Shown piece by piece: positions 28,204-38,606 of a stretch of 64,000 nt of DNA. The notes under the pieces were generated by a model. That model worked only from the letters and a program-made list of their open reading frames with translations. It had not been told where the DNA came from and made no database searches. The position numbers and the translations under genes are program-made. Positions within the stretch are counted from its first letter, which is position 1. Every line of letters begins with the position of its first letter. This stretch comes from a virus, in IMG/VR virus record IMGVR_UViG_3300017758_000003, positions 1 through 64,000 of that record; one strand, given 5' to 3'.

Positions 28204-28521
28204 CTAACGATTATTTTTTCCTTTAGGTTTCCTACCTTTTCTTTTCGTCCCTTTGACGGCTCCAACCACATCACTTGTTTGATCAACAAGATCTTTAGCT
28301 GCGTTCTTAACGTCACCAAGTTCTTCTTTGACTCTCTTAGCTCTACGTTTTACTTCTTTTGTTGTTTTCTTTACAGTGTCTTTTACATCTTCAACTGCGT
28401 CTTCCACAACATCGGGGATATAATCTTGATCTTCGTCTTTGATCTTACCTTTTTTAATAAGGTAAACAACTACTCCCGCTGCGATTGCTGTAAGCAATAA
28501 AATAATTAAAATTGTTTTCAT
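28204..28521 (-). CDS. membrane-anchored coiled-coil protein
   Basis: N-terminal TM segment, charged helical tail. Confidence 0.65.
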   Translation of the reverse strand: MKTILIILLLTAIAAGVVVYLIKKGKIKDEDQDYIPDVVEDAVEDVKDTVKKTTKEVKRRAKRVKEELGDVKNAAKDLVDQTSDVVGAVKGTKRKGRKPKGKNNR

Positions 28522-28694
28522 ACGAATTGTTTTTTGAATAAATACGAAATTATACGGGGAAAGTAAATGGTTGGGTGAAAATTTACCCAGTATACTAGTT
28601 TATATTATACTAGTTATAAAAGCTAGGCCTAGTATAAATATATAATACTGGGCAAAAATCTTTTCTTTAATAATATATTTTGATATTTATTAGT

Positions 28695-29621
28695 ATGAGG
28701 AACCTAACAATACTATTATTCGTAATTACCATAACAAGTTGTTCACCCCTACAATTTAAATATTCAACTCTAAATCACGCAGGTCAGATTGATGGAATTT
28801 ATAATAATAAGACGGTAAAAATAGACACCATTGAAAATGAGTTTCAGTTAGCGAGAAAATTTAGAACCGACGATAGATTCAGATGGGATTTTGCCCAATA
28901 TGCGATGAGACAAGATATGAGATGGAGTTATGATTTCTATTGGAATAATAGAATGTATAGACGTGGAGTTGGTTCTCCATTCAATTTCTACTGGAACTCT
29001 CAACAATATTGGTGGAGTTGGGCTAGTAATTCCCCTTTCAATATGGGATTCAATCAATGGGACCCATTTGGATTTAACAACTATGGTTGGGGTAGTACAT
29101 ACTATGGATATAACTATGGTTGGAATTTATACAATAACTATGGTTGGGGTTTTAATAATTGGGGATCGAGAGATACATGGAATACATACGCTTGGAATAA
29201 TAGAGACGATTTAAGGGACGTTGTAAGAGTAAGAGGTAGAAGAGGGTCAAATAGTGTTGTTAACACAAATAATGATGTCTCAAATACTCCTAACAAAAGA
29301 ATTGTGATTAATAATGAAGATGGTATTGTTATAAGAAATAATAACGGAGAAATCATAAGAATTAATAATGGGAGGAACAATAATAATATTAGAGTTTACA
29401 ACAACCCAAATAGGGTACCCAATAATCTGAGACCTAACAATAACAATAGAGTTATTAATAACAATAATGTTAGGGGTTCGTGGAGACCAAACAACAATAA
29501 TAACAACGTCAACTCAAGAAGTTCTTCATCACCGAGATCTTATGTTCCACCACCAAATGGAGGAAACACAAGTGGTGGAAAAGTGATAAGTAGAGGTTCA
29601 AGAGGAAATAACAAACAATAA
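28695..29621 (+). CDS. lipoprotein with Trp/Tyr/Gly- and Asn-rich low-complexity regions
   Basis: MRNLTILLFVITITSC lipobox. Confidence 0.7.
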   Translation: MRNLTILLFVITITSCSPLQFKYSTLNHAGQIDGIYNNKTVKIDTIENEFQLARKFRTDDRFRWDFAQYAMRQDMRWSYDFYWNNRMYRRGVGSPFNFYWNSQQYWWSWASNSPFNMGFNQWDPFGFNNYGWGSTYYGYNYGWNLYNNYGWGFNNWGSRDTWNTYAWNNRDDLRDVVRVRGRRGSNSVVNTNNDVSNTPNKRIVINNEDGIVIRNNNGEIIRINNGRNNNNIRVYNNPNRVPNNLRPNNNNRVINNNNVRGSWRPNNNNNNVNSRSSSSPRSYVPPPNGGNTSGGKVISRGSRGNNKQ

Positions 29622-29890
29622 TGAAAAAAGTAATCATTACAGAAACACAAGTAAAAAAACTAATTGATAATGTCGTTGAAGATTTAGATTATCACAGGGT
29701 TGATGATGCGTCTCCTGAAAAAGACAAATACGTCATGTCTCAAGAAAATGAAGAGGATGAAGTAGGTGAGGGGAGAAGGTCTCTTTCAAGAACAAGAAAG
29801 AAAAGATTATTCTCCAAGGCGGAAGTAATGGCAAACCCCGCAAGATTTAAACACCACGATAGAAAATTAAAAGGGGTAAAACTTAAATAG
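29621..29890 (+). CDS. putative virion protein
   Basis: MKKVIITETQV. Confidence 0.6.
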   Translation: MKKVIITETQVKKLIDNVVEDLDYHRVDDASPEKDKYVMSQENEEDEVGEGRRSLSRTRKKRLFSKAEVMANPARFKHHDRKLKGVKLK

Positions 29891-30374
29891 AATAAGTAAT
29901 AACATTGATTGACGAAGCAACAATATTTCCGTCAGAATCATTCTCTAATTCAATTTCAATATTTTCATCAATACCAATAATACCTCTTGGTTCTTGTTGA
30001 TCAATATCCGCAGAATCCCAATCAATTTTTACTTTGATTGTTGCATCCGTTGGATCTTCTGAACCTTCAGGATAATATTGAATATACAAATCTAATTCTT
30101 CAGGACCTTGAACGTCATATACTGAAATTGTTTTGATTCCCCAACTACGGTGTTCTGATTCGATCAGGTAGTTTACGGTGAACTCTAAATTTTCAATATC
30201 TTCTATCTCTTGACCTTTGAATGTTAAACTCGAACTATAGTTAAAATCAAGTTCACATTTCATTTCATATCTGTTATCACCCATACCTTCATTTAGTTCA
30301 TTCGTTTCACCCTCAGATGAAACATATTCGTTTATTTTATTCATTTGTTCAGTAGTCAAAACAATTTTTTTCAT
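29883..30374 (-). CDS. putative virion protein
   Basis: Start MKKIVLTTEQM after TATTTAT at 30390-30396. Confidence 0.6.
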   Translation of the reverse strand: MKKIVLTTEQMNKINEYVSSEGETNELNEGMGDNRYEMKCELDFNYSSSLTFKGQEIEDIENLEFTVNYLIESEHRSWGIKTISVYDVQGPEELDLYIQYYPEGSEDPTDATIKVKIDWDSADIDQQEPRGIIGIDENIEIELENDSDGNIVASSINVITYSI

Positions 30375-30553
30375 AATATTCTTTTTATAATAAATACACC
30401 CAAAGTGATTAATATATATGAGAAATACCAAGATTTCAATATTTATTTGATACTGTAGTTTGTCTTAGTTGTACAAATATATAACATATTTTTTGTAATA
30501 TCAAAAAAATATACTATATTTGTTGGGTCAACATAAAATAGAAAAAAGACTAT

Positions 30554-30868
30554 ATGAGTTATATTATTGGTTCTTCATGTGTTGGAGTATGTGACACAGT
30601 CTGTGTTGAGGTTTGTCCCGTAGACTGTATTCATGGACCCATAGATCCTAACGGAAGTGGTGGCGAAGTGAACACATTTTCATCAGAAGAACTAAAAGAC
30701 AAACAACTTTTCATAAATCCTGACGAATGTATTGATTGTGGTGCTTGTTTACCCGAGTGTCCCGTTGATGCTATTTACCCCGACGAAGAAACAACAATAT
30801 CAGTTGAGGGTAATGATGTATCTGTAATTAAAAATTACACATTCTTTGGACAACAATATACTCGTTAG
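30554..30868 (+). CDS. 4Fe-4S dicluster ferredoxin
   Basis: CVGVCDTVCVEVCPVDCI and CIDCGACLPECPVDAI. Confidence 0.9.
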   Translation: MSYIIGSSCVGVCDTVCVEVCPVDCIHGPIDPNGSGGEVNTFSSEELKDKQLFINPDECIDCGACLPECPVDAIYPDEETTISVEGNDVSVIKNYTFFGQQYTR

Positions 30869-30893
30869 CGGTAATCCACTAAAAACAATAATC

Positions 30894-31472
30894 ATGAAAA
30901 ATCATTTTACAATTAAATCGTTATGTCTTTTCGCAATACTATTAGTTTCCGCGAAAGTACACAAAACAGGTGAGATCAATGCCATGGTAAGACCACAAAT
31001 CGAACCAATAGTGTTTATTGAACCACTACCAATTGAACCTGTCATTATTAAAGATGAATTAGATCCTTTTTTAAATTCGATAGGGCAAAAAGAAAGTGGT
31101 AACAATTATAAAATAGTTAACACTTACGGTTATATGGGTAAGTACCAGTTTGGTAAAGGTACCCTGAAAGGATTAGGTTACGATCTAACAAGGGAGGAGT
31201 TTTTAAATCACCCTGAAATCCAAGAGAAGGCAATGTTAGATCTTCTAAGACATAATAAAAAGAAACTACAGAAATACATCAACAAATACGAAGGTAAAGT
31301 AGTACATGGTGTTCATATTACTGAATCAGGTATTTTAGCGGCAGCACATCTTGCTGGTCAAGGTAATGTTAGAAAATTCTTTAGGAAAGGATACCAATTC
31401 AAAGATGGTTATGGTACGACCTTAACTTCATATATGACAAAATTTGCAGGGTACGATCTGAGATTAGATTGA
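30894..31472 (+). CDS. lysozyme-like / lytic transglycosylase protein with signal anchor
   Basis: IGQKESGNNY..NTYGYMGKYQFG, LAAAHLAG. Confidence 0.75.
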   Translation: MKNHFTIKSLCLFAILLVSAKVHKTGEINAMVRPQIEPIVFIEPLPIEPVIIKDELDPFLNSIGQKESGNNYKIVNTYGYMGKYQFGKGTLKGLGYDLTREEFLNHPEIQEKAMLDLLRHNKKKLQKYINKYEGKVVHGVHITESGILAAAHLAGQGNVRKFFRKGYQFKDGYGTTLTSYMTKFAGYDLRLD

Positions 31473-31497
31473 TAGAATAAAGAGGGGGGGGTTTTAA

Positions 31498-33288
31498 TTA
31501 ACCCCTTTTTTCGTTTACTCCCTTTTGTGTGTAATCATCTACATTATCGTAAGGTTTGTCGAAATCATAGTTTACATCTGTAATATCCATAAACGATGGT
31601 TCTCCTAAGTCTTTCCAAGTTCTTTGGGACATGATACTAACAGTTGCGTCATTATCTAAAACATTACTAATAACGTAAAAATTAGAGTTATCATCTTTGT
31701 TCCCTGAACGACTATAAGTAGTTACCAAATATGTGATTTGACCATCCATTTGTTCTTGTAGTTGGTCTTCAGTATCTGTATCGTCATTCTGTGTTGTATC
31801 AGGTACATCTTGGGTAGGTTCTTCAGGTTTTTCTTGGTCATCACCTTTTTTCTTTATACCTAATTTACCTTCAATATCGAAAACACCATAAGTCGGATCT
31901 AACATTTCTTTATAATCAGGAGTATACTGTACACCACCATGTTCTAACCACTCACCTCTACCTGCGTTATAGATACCAACCAATTCATTTTCTTTGTTTT
32001 CCATGATCTTAATATCTGCGTCTTGTTTAGATACAAATATCGGTTTGAATGAAGATTCAAGTAATTTTGTAAAGATTTTACCAATTCCAAAGTCTTTAGG
32101 TTGTAATCCTGCTTCAGATGCTACTCTAAATAACCTATCGGATAAAGCTCTACGAATACCACTTTTCTTAATTATAAATTTAAAAGTTTCATAAGATTGG
32201 AACATATCATCTACATTCCCTTGATTTATTTGTTCAAAATAACTTCTGACCAAGTTTTCGTCCATGGCCTCAAAAGATCTTATCTTACTCAGAACACCAC
32301 CATTTTGTATAAATCTTAATTTAAGTGGTCTACGAACCCTTCTAAACTCAAATTCGTGTCCCTCTCTTTCGTTTACTCTTGATGCCTCATCTCTTGATAC
32401 ATTTAACTCTTTCGATTCGTCATAATCAACAGATGCAATTAATTCTTGTACATCTCTTTTATTTAATTCAGGATAAATACAACTAATACATGTGTTATAA
32501 TCATCATCTTGCATCCTCATATCTCTATCACCACCCGTGTTGTACATGTTAGTGAGTTTATATGGGTATGTTTGGTTAGGATCTTTCTTTGGTTGAAGTA
32601 CACTGATAAAATACTTATCACTCTCTTCTTTAGATTCATCGATGATCATATAATAAGTCCTACCTTCCGATCTATATGTTGCCCACATATTACCTGGTCT
32701 ATCCCATGTGATACACCATTGATTACTTGCATTAGGGTTATGTTTGGATCTTACCATATCCTGCCAATAACCAAATTTTATACTTTCTTTTTGGTTTTTG
32801 GGTCTATATATTCTGAACCCCTCCCCATTATCATAAACCAAGTATTTGTTCCCAAACCACAAATCTCTTGATGCTTCGATTTTATCGGTTTTAGAGACAC
32901 CAGCCTTTTCGAAGAACGGATCTTCTTCATCAACTTCTTCTTCTAAGTTAATACCGAAATCTAAAAATAGACTTTTGATTTGGGGGTACGTATAACTTAT
33001 GATGTTCTTTAATTCCTTTTCTTCGAATTTAGACGTACCATACTCACCATCATACCTTGATAGAAATGAAATGATTTCAGGTCTTTTGGTACTTAATTTT
33101 CCTTGTAGTGCGGGTATATTATTGCCGTCGACATCTCTGCCACCTTTGAATTTGGTTAGGATGTACTCAACATCCTCCATTGTAATAGAGTCGTTGTCTA
33201 CACTCCACTTTTTAAAGAGATTCTCAAGAAGTTTCTTGTTTTGAACTTCCTCGAGTAACATCTCATAGATTATATCCTTAATTTCCAT
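31498..33288 (-). CDS. large hypothetical (probable virion) protein
   Basis: 596 aa, TATTTAT upstream, NQWCIT...YRS motif. Confidence 0.7.
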   Translation of the reverse strand: MEIKDIIYEMLLEEVQNKKLLENLFKKWSVDNDSITMEDVEYILTKFKGGRDVDGNNIPALQGKLSTKRPEIISFLSRYDGEYGTSKFEEKELKNIISYTYPQIKSLFLDFGINLEEEVDEEDPFFEKAGVSKTDKIEASRDLWFGNKYLVYDNGEGFRIYRPKNQKESIKFGYWQDMVRSKHNPNASNQWCITWDRPGNMWATYRSEGRTYYMIIDESKEESDKYFISVLQPKKDPNQTYPYKLTNMYNTGGDRDMRMQDDDYNTCISCIYPELNKRDVQELIASVDYDESKELNVSRDEASRVNEREGHEFEFRRVRRPLKLRFIQNGGVLSKIRSFEAMDENLVRSYFEQINQGNVDDMFQSYETFKFIIKKSGIRRALSDRLFRVASEAGLQPKDFGIGKIFTKLLESSFKPIFVSKQDADIKIMENKENELVGIYNAGRGEWLEHGGVQYTPDYKEMLDPTYGVFDIEGKLGIKKKGDDQEKPEEPTQDVPDTTQNDDTDTEDQLQEQMDGQITYLVTTYSRSGNKDDNSNFYVISNVLDNDATVSIMSQRTWKDLGEPSFMDITDVNYDFDKPYDNVDDYTQKGVNEKRG

Positions 33289-33330
33289 ATTATATAAGAA
33301 GTGTTTGTTTCTTATATAAATATAGGGGTT

Positions 33331-33750
33331 TTAACTAATCGTTGGAACTTGTGATGAAAGTGAAAGTTTTATAGTTTGAATCTCTTCTAACGCATTTTGA
33401 AGTAGTCTTTCAGTCATAATTAATTTCACTATAACCTCGGCGTTAGGATTCATGTGGTCACTCACAAGATTGTTAAGTATCATATTTTTTACAATATCCT
33501 CACTTTGATTAATCTTCAACTTATTCTTCTTTCTTTGATGATATTTCTGTGAGTTTTCACGAGTACAAGAAACACAGTAGATACTATGACCATCGTGCAT
33601 ACGCTTATTTTTGTAAAATTGTGAAATGGGCAATTCTTCTTTACAACCACTACATTTTTTCTTATTAATCATAATATATTTCTTATTATTTATACAAAAG
33701 TAAGTATTATTTAGAATATCACCAAAATATATGGAAAAATTTTTATTCAA
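33331..33750 (-). CDS. zinc-finger protein (CxxC...CxxC)
   Basis: KKCSGCKEELPISQFYK...YCVSC; true start probably MINKKKC. Confidence 0.6.
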   Translation of the reverse strand: MNKNFSIYFGDILNNTYFCINNKKYIMINKKKCSGCKEELPISQFYKNKRMHDGHSIYCVSCTRENSQKYHQRKKNKLKINQSEDIVKNMILNNLVSDHMNPNAEVIVKLIMTERLLQNALEEIQTIKLSLSSQVPTIS

Positions 33751-34297
33751 GAAAGGTTACTACAGTATCTATGAAATCAAAACCAAAGGTAAGGTAAAGT
33801 ATATGGTTGATAACGGTAAAACCTTGTTTGTTGCGAGGTTCAATAAATGGATAACAAACCCATACAGAGACAAAAAAACATTCACAACTTTAAAGAAAGC
33901 TCAAGAATATGTTTCTAAAAAACTTATGATATCAAAACAAAAAAAGAAAAAGAAACTTGATAAATTACCTAAATCACTTTATTTGGTACTTCTCAAAGAA
34001 GAGAAATCAGGTAATCTTTTTGTTAAGGTTGGTATAACATCCAAAAAATATATAATGAGAAGATTTTCTAAAAAGTATGGGTACGAGGGGTATACACTTG
34101 AAAAGATACTTCGTAGGATTAATACTCCACGTGCGGAGAGATTAGAAGAGAGTATAAAACTTACATTAAAAAAGAAAAGGTCCGTAAAAAGTTACAGACC
34201 CTTGTTGGAAAACTTCGGTGGTTATACCGAATGTTATAATATTGATTCTCTTGATTCTATAGTTCAGGTATTTGACTCTGCAACGAAGAATGATTAA
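33731..34297 (+). CDS. GIY-YIG-like endonuclease with N-terminal DNA-binding domain
   Basis: LYLVLL..FVKVGITSK..RRFS; GGYTECY. Confidence 0.6.
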   Translation: MEKFLFKKGYYSIYEIKTKGKVKYMVDNGKTLFVARFNKWITNPYRDKKTFTTLKKAQEYVSKKLMISKQKKKKKLDKLPKSLYLVLLKEEKSGNLFVKVGITSKKYIMRRFSKKYGYEGYTLEKILRRINTPRAERLEESIKLTLKKKRSVKSYRPLLENFGGYTECYNIDSLDSIVQVFDSATKND

Positions 34298-34644
34298 CCG
34301 ATCCCAATAAAAGATAAAAACTTATCTATAAGGTCACCGTGTTTACTTTTACAATCTCTCATAATATCTTTCTCTTTTTCAGTAAGAGAAGAACCTGTGG
34401 AGTAACCCCAAACACCGTCCATATCTAAACCTCTTTTAGTTCTTTGGAACTTTGCGATTGCTGATGAAGTTCCATCACCATGTAATCCATCAATTTCTAA
34501 TTTAGATCCGACTACTTTATTCAAAAAACATTGAATTGCTTTCTTCGCATTTAATTCTGCGGTCTGTTCGGTCAATACTTGTTCCTCGACAACATTGTCC
34601 AATATACTCTTGATTTGAGATTCAGTAAAAATGTATTTCTTCAT
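34294..34644 (-). CDS. peptidoglycan-binding domain protein, putative virion
   Basis: MKKYIFTESQI; IDGLHGDGT..AIAKFQ..LDMDGVWG. Confidence 0.7.
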   Translation of the reverse strand: MKKYIFTESQIKSILDNVVEEQVLTEQTAELNAKKAIQCFLNKVVGSKLEIDGLHGDGTSSAIAKFQRTKRGLDMDGVWGYSTGSSLTEKEKDIMRDCKSKHGDLIDKFLSFIGIG

Positions 34645-34675
34645 AATATTATAAATATATCAAAATAAGGAACTG

Positions 34676-35077
34676 TTAGAATTTACTCATCTGACGTAAA
34701 TCGTCAATTTCTTCTTGAATTTCCACCAAATCTTTAGGTAGTATTAAATCTAAACCAGATTTAATTGATTTCTCTAAAACCCCATCAACGAAAATAAGAA
34801 GAGTTGGAGCCATTCGGATCCTATATTTCTTTTTAGATACTGGTGCAGATTCTACATCACATCTAAAATAAGTAACACCTCTTAAAGATTCCCATTCTTT
34901 AAATTCATTTGATTTATTAAACTCAACCCAAAACTCAACAACCGTTATGGTTACATCATCATCCCCAAAAGGATGACTTTCATGTACCTCATCTTCAAAA
35001 TCAGAATCCGTAATCCATTGTTGTGAATATAATTGTGTAGATATTAATAGGGATAATAATATAAATATACCTTTCAT
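34676..35077 (-). CDS. exported thioredoxin-fold protein lacking CxxC
   Basis: Signal peptide, VVEFW, YRIRMAPTLLIF. Confidence 0.55.
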   Translation of the reverse strand: MKGIFILLSLLISTQLYSQQWITDSDFEDEVHESHPFGDDDVTITVVEFWVEFNKSNEFKEWESLRGVTYFRCDVESAPVSKKKYRIRMAPTLLIFVDGVLEKSIKSGLDLILPKDLVEIQEEIDDLRQMSKF

Positions 35078-35078
35078 T

Positions 35079-35363
35079 TTAGTTCTGTTTTTGTAACTCG
35101 TACAATCTTCCATCAATCTTCTCTAACTCCCTTAATATGGACTCCACGTCTTCTTGAGTATCCATAATGGTTTGTCTAATCAATTCATCTTTAAGATCGT
35201 ATTCTGTTCTGGTTATGTTCGGTTTAGGTAATTCCTTAGCTTCTTGTATGTCACCTTGAATTGTAAACCACATACCAACCACAGTAGCTATAAAAAATAT
35301 GACTATTCCTATTGTTTTTAAATCTAATGTGATTTTAGTTCCTTCTCCTATTTCTTTTGCCAT
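35079..35363 (-). CDS. single-TM coiled-coil protein
   Basis: TM at residues ~18-35. Confidence 0.6.
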   Translation of the reverse strand: MAKEIGEGTKITLDLKTIGIVIFFIATVVGMWFTIQGDIQEAKELPKPNITRTEYDLKDELIRQTIMDTQEDVESILRELEKIDGRLYELQKQN

Positions 35364-35367
35364 GTCT

Positions 35368-35934
35368 TTAATCTATTAAATAACTGTAAGGTGTGTCATT
35401 AGTGTTTGAACCTATTGGAAAGTTTTCTAATCTCATTGATACAGTCATGTTAGATTGTATATAAGGGTTATAAAACTCACCTTCAGCGGTTAAACATATT
35501 AATCCACTATGTTGACCACCTAATTGACCCGCATCTTGAACTATTACTTCATTCCAAACTACATACTCTTGGTCACCTGGTATTTCAACACCTGCGTACT
35601 TATCATCGGGATTTTCCCAAGTGTAAGTACCAATATCTAATAACTCACCATCATCTGTTGCGTCTGAATCTAAACAATATAATGCAAAGTGTTGTCTGTC
35701 TAATCTTATTTCCCCATCATCTACTTGGAGATAAAGGATAAATATTTTTCTTAATTTACCATCTACCACTTTTGAACCACCATATGACTTTACTTGAGCG
35801 TATCTCTCATAAGGATCAAATGTGTCACCATTTAAAGTAATTTCGAAAACAGGAACTAATGGTTCTTGAACTTCTTCCTTTTCACAAGACCACATTAGTG
35901 AAAGAAGTAAAAATATTAATGATAATTTTTTCAT
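35368..35934 (-). CDS. lipoprotein
   Basis: LMWSC lipobox followed by EKEE. Confidence 0.7.
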   Translation of the reverse strand: MKKLSLIFLLLSLMWSCEKEEVQEPLVPVFEITLNGDTFDPYERYAQVKSYGGSKVVDGKLRKIFILYLQVDDGEIRLDRQHFALYCLDSDATDDGELLDIGTYTWENPDDKYAGVEIPGDQEYVVWNEVIVQDAGQLGGQHSGLICLTAEGEFYNPYIQSNMTVSMRLENFPIGSNTNDTPYSYLID

Positions 35935-35945
35935 GATTATTGATT

Positions 35946-37172
35946 TTATCTAAATGTATAGTTTAATCCGAATGTACTGTAGAAAAATTCTGTATCCCAC
36001 ATTTTTGTATATTCTCCTTCTACAAAGATTCCTAACTTTCTTCCTACTTTCCAACCAATGTTAGCTCCAAATTGGAAGTCCTCCCATTGTTCAAATTCAG
36101 AATCCTGTCTTAGTCCACCTTTGCCCCAATTATCTCTATTACCATAATTGAAGATATCGTCACCCCTTAGATAGGTGTGATATGGTAGTAGATAATTACC
36201 GTAAACGTGTGCCCAAAATTTTGGGGAGTAGTGGTAAAAATCAAAACCAACTACAGGTGATATAAGTCCAAACTGACCTATCTCATCCCATATTCCATTG
36301 TTAAAATCATTGATTAAATCTCTAAAGATACCATCTCTAAATTCTAAATCAGAATCTGCCACTCTTTCACCATCTTCATTTTGCCAAAACCAACCCTGTC
36401 TTACTTGTTCGTTACCAAACTCATCTATATATGTTTCAGTATAGAACTGATCCGTATAACCACTATCGTATCCTAAAGTGTACCAAGGATTCATTGGGTT
36501 ACCAAATTCATCTTCTTCATTTACCCACACTTCAAATGGATTGTATCCATACGCTCTGTCATGTGTTCTGTACATTGCTCCTGCTGATAATGAGAATTTC
36601 TTACCGATTGGTAATCTTGCTCTTACTTCGGCCGATTGATATTTGAAATCAAACGCTCCTTGTTCTCTTGATTCTAATTTAACTATATGGTATTTACCTG
36701 TATGTCTAAGGAAGTATCTTGAGTTAGTCCAAATATCACCTCTGTTACGTTCTTTCTCCCAATGGAATAAATATTCGAATCCCTTTACGGCTGATGTTGG
36801 TGCGGATAATGCAATTTGTCTTTCTCTGTCTGCGTTACCTGTCCAAAAGTTACCTGGTTTTCTTTCATAATCAAATCTAGCTAACTTTCTAATACCAAAC
36901 CCTATTCTATAATCAAATGGATTATATTCTGTACCATCCACAACCTGTGGGATGCTATAGACACTACCATTATCGTTAGTTCTCACAAAATATTCTTTCC
37001 TTGATGGTTCATATGAGTTGCGGATGTCTCCCGCCCCATAAATTGTTCCATATTTTAAAAAGTCATTGTAGAATTCTTTAAGAAAAGAGTCTTTTTTCTC
37101 TTTTACTTCCTTTTGTGCAAGTGCTGGTGTGGCACAAAGAATGCACATTAATAATACTATTACGTTTCTCAT
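35946..37172 (-). CDS. probable outer-membrane beta-barrel protein
   Basis: Signal peptide, amphipathic aromatic strands, C-terminal FGLNYTFR. Confidence 0.6.
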   Translation of the reverse strand: MRNVIVLLMCILCATPALAQKEVKEKKDSFLKEFYNDFLKYGTIYGAGDIRNSYEPSRKEYFVRTNDNGSVYSIPQVVDGTEYNPFDYRIGFGIRKLARFDYERKPGNFWTGNADRERQIALSAPTSAVKGFEYLFHWEKERNRGDIWTNSRYFLRHTGKYHIVKLESREQGAFDFKYQSAEVRARLPIGKKFSLSAGAMYRTHDRAYGYNPFEVWVNEEDEFGNPMNPWYTLGYDSGYTDQFYTETYIDEFGNEQVRQGWFWQNEDGERVADSDLEFRDGIFRDLINDFNNGIWDEIGQFGLISPVVGFDFYHYSPKFWAHVYGNYLLPYHTYLRGDDIFNYGNRDNWGKGGLRQDSEFEQWEDFQFGANIGWKVGRKLGIFVEGEYTKMWDTEFFYSTFGLNYTFR

Positions 37173-37262
37173 CTTTTAATTAAAGTGTTTTTTAATCATT
37201 ATTTTTACTTTAACTATAAATATCTTTTAAACACAATAACGATACCCAAGAAGTAAAAAAAT

Positions 37263-37868
37263 TTACTGATTTTCTAAATACGAAGATAAGTAACCTGAAA
37301 TCCTACCAGCCTGAATTTGAACGTGCTCCCAGTCATCTTTAGTTAATTTCTTCTTTTTAGATACATAATCCATACCTATGTTTCCTATGTATTTGTCATC
37401 TAATGTGAATAAAGGAATTACATAAGATGATTTAGTACCTACAGAGTCTGCAGCACCTTTGAGTCCAAAAGTTGCAGTTTTAGGGTCTGCAAAATTTGGA
37501 ATGAAAATACCATTACCTTCCATCAAGAAATGCATTGCTTTTGGATATAAAGAACATGGTATATTATTAAAAATGTGACTTACTGATGAGACCCCCGCTT
37601 TAGATACTTCGTAAAAGATTGAGAATTTCTGAATTGACTTACCTGTTGGGTAGAAATTACCTCCGTTATGAAATTGTGCAATCCACACTCTATCAGCACC
37701 GTACTCAGTCCTTATTTGTTCAATTTCGTTATCAATAATCGATGTATTGATAATATTCTCTTTGATTTTGTCTCTTTTTTTGTCGTGATGTCTTTTCATC
37801 CTTTGATTGATGAATAGGTAGAGGACAGGTCCTACAACACCAGTTAAAAACGCTCCTAATAACTCCAT
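37263..37868 (-). CDS. TM + GAF-like domain protein (T4 holin T-like architecture)
   Basis: N-terminal TM; ADRVWIAQFHNGG...SSYVIPLF..YIGNIGMDY. Confidence 0.55.
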   Translation of the reverse strand: MELLGAFLTGVVGPVLYLFINQRMKRHHDKKRDKIKENIINTSIIDNEIEQIRTEYGADRVWIAQFHNGGNFYPTGKSIQKFSIFYEVSKAGVSSVSHIFNNIPCSLYPKAMHFLMEGNGIFIPNFADPKTATFGLKGAADSVGTKSSYVIPLFTLDDKYIGNIGMDYVSKKKKLTKDDWEHVQIQAGRISGYLSSYLENQ

Positions 37869-38045
37869 TTAGTTGGTATATTTTTTAATATAAATTAATA
37901 TATCAATAAATACATGAATACTTGGTCTTATTGACCTATTTTTGAATTTTAGGTGCGAAAAAAACAATTATTATTGTAAAAGTCTCGATACCATTGATTG
38001 TATGGGGAATTTTATGTATTATAAATTAAATGATAGTTATATATA

Positions 38046-38597
38046 ATGACCAAAATTATAAATCTTTTTGGTGGTCCAGGTATTGGGAAATCATCCATTT
38101 CTGCTGGACTAACCTATAATTTGAAGAAAAGACACATAACTTGTGACAATCCTTATGAGTTTCCTAAACTATTAGCGTGGGATGAAAACCATTCTGCAAT
38201 TGCGGACCAACTATTCGTACTTGCAAACCAACATAGAGGGATCGTTAAGTCGTACGGTAAGGTAGAATTTATAATATTAGACTCACCAATATTATTATCA
38301 TTAACATATAAAACTTACTATGATAAGAATGGTGGAGACGTGTATCCCTCCAATTTATATGGTGAGACATTTGATAAGTTATTAATTGAAATAAATAACA
38401 AATACGATAATATTAATATTTTATTAGATCGTACAAAAGGTATACATAACGACATAGAGAGATACCAAAACTTAGAGGAATCGATTGAATTGGATAGGGA
38501 AATCGAAAACACTCTTATACAACATAGTCTTCCCTATCACAAAATAAAAGTTGATGATCAAACAGTAAATAATATCGTAGATCTCCTTTTACAATAA
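38046..38597 (+). CDS. P-loop NadR/AAA_28-like kinase/ATPase
   Basis: INLFGGPGIGKS, IILDSP. Confidence 0.75.
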   Translation: MTKIINLFGGPGIGKSSISAGLTYNLKKRHITCDNPYEFPKLLAWDENHSAIADQLFVLANQHRGIVKSYGKVEFIILDSPILLSLTYKTYYDKNGGDVYPSNLYGETFDKLLIEINNKYDNINILLDRTKGIHNDIERYQNLEESIELDREIENTLIQHSLPYHKIKVDDQTVNNIVDLLLQ

Positions 38598-38606
38598 TTT
38601 AATTAT

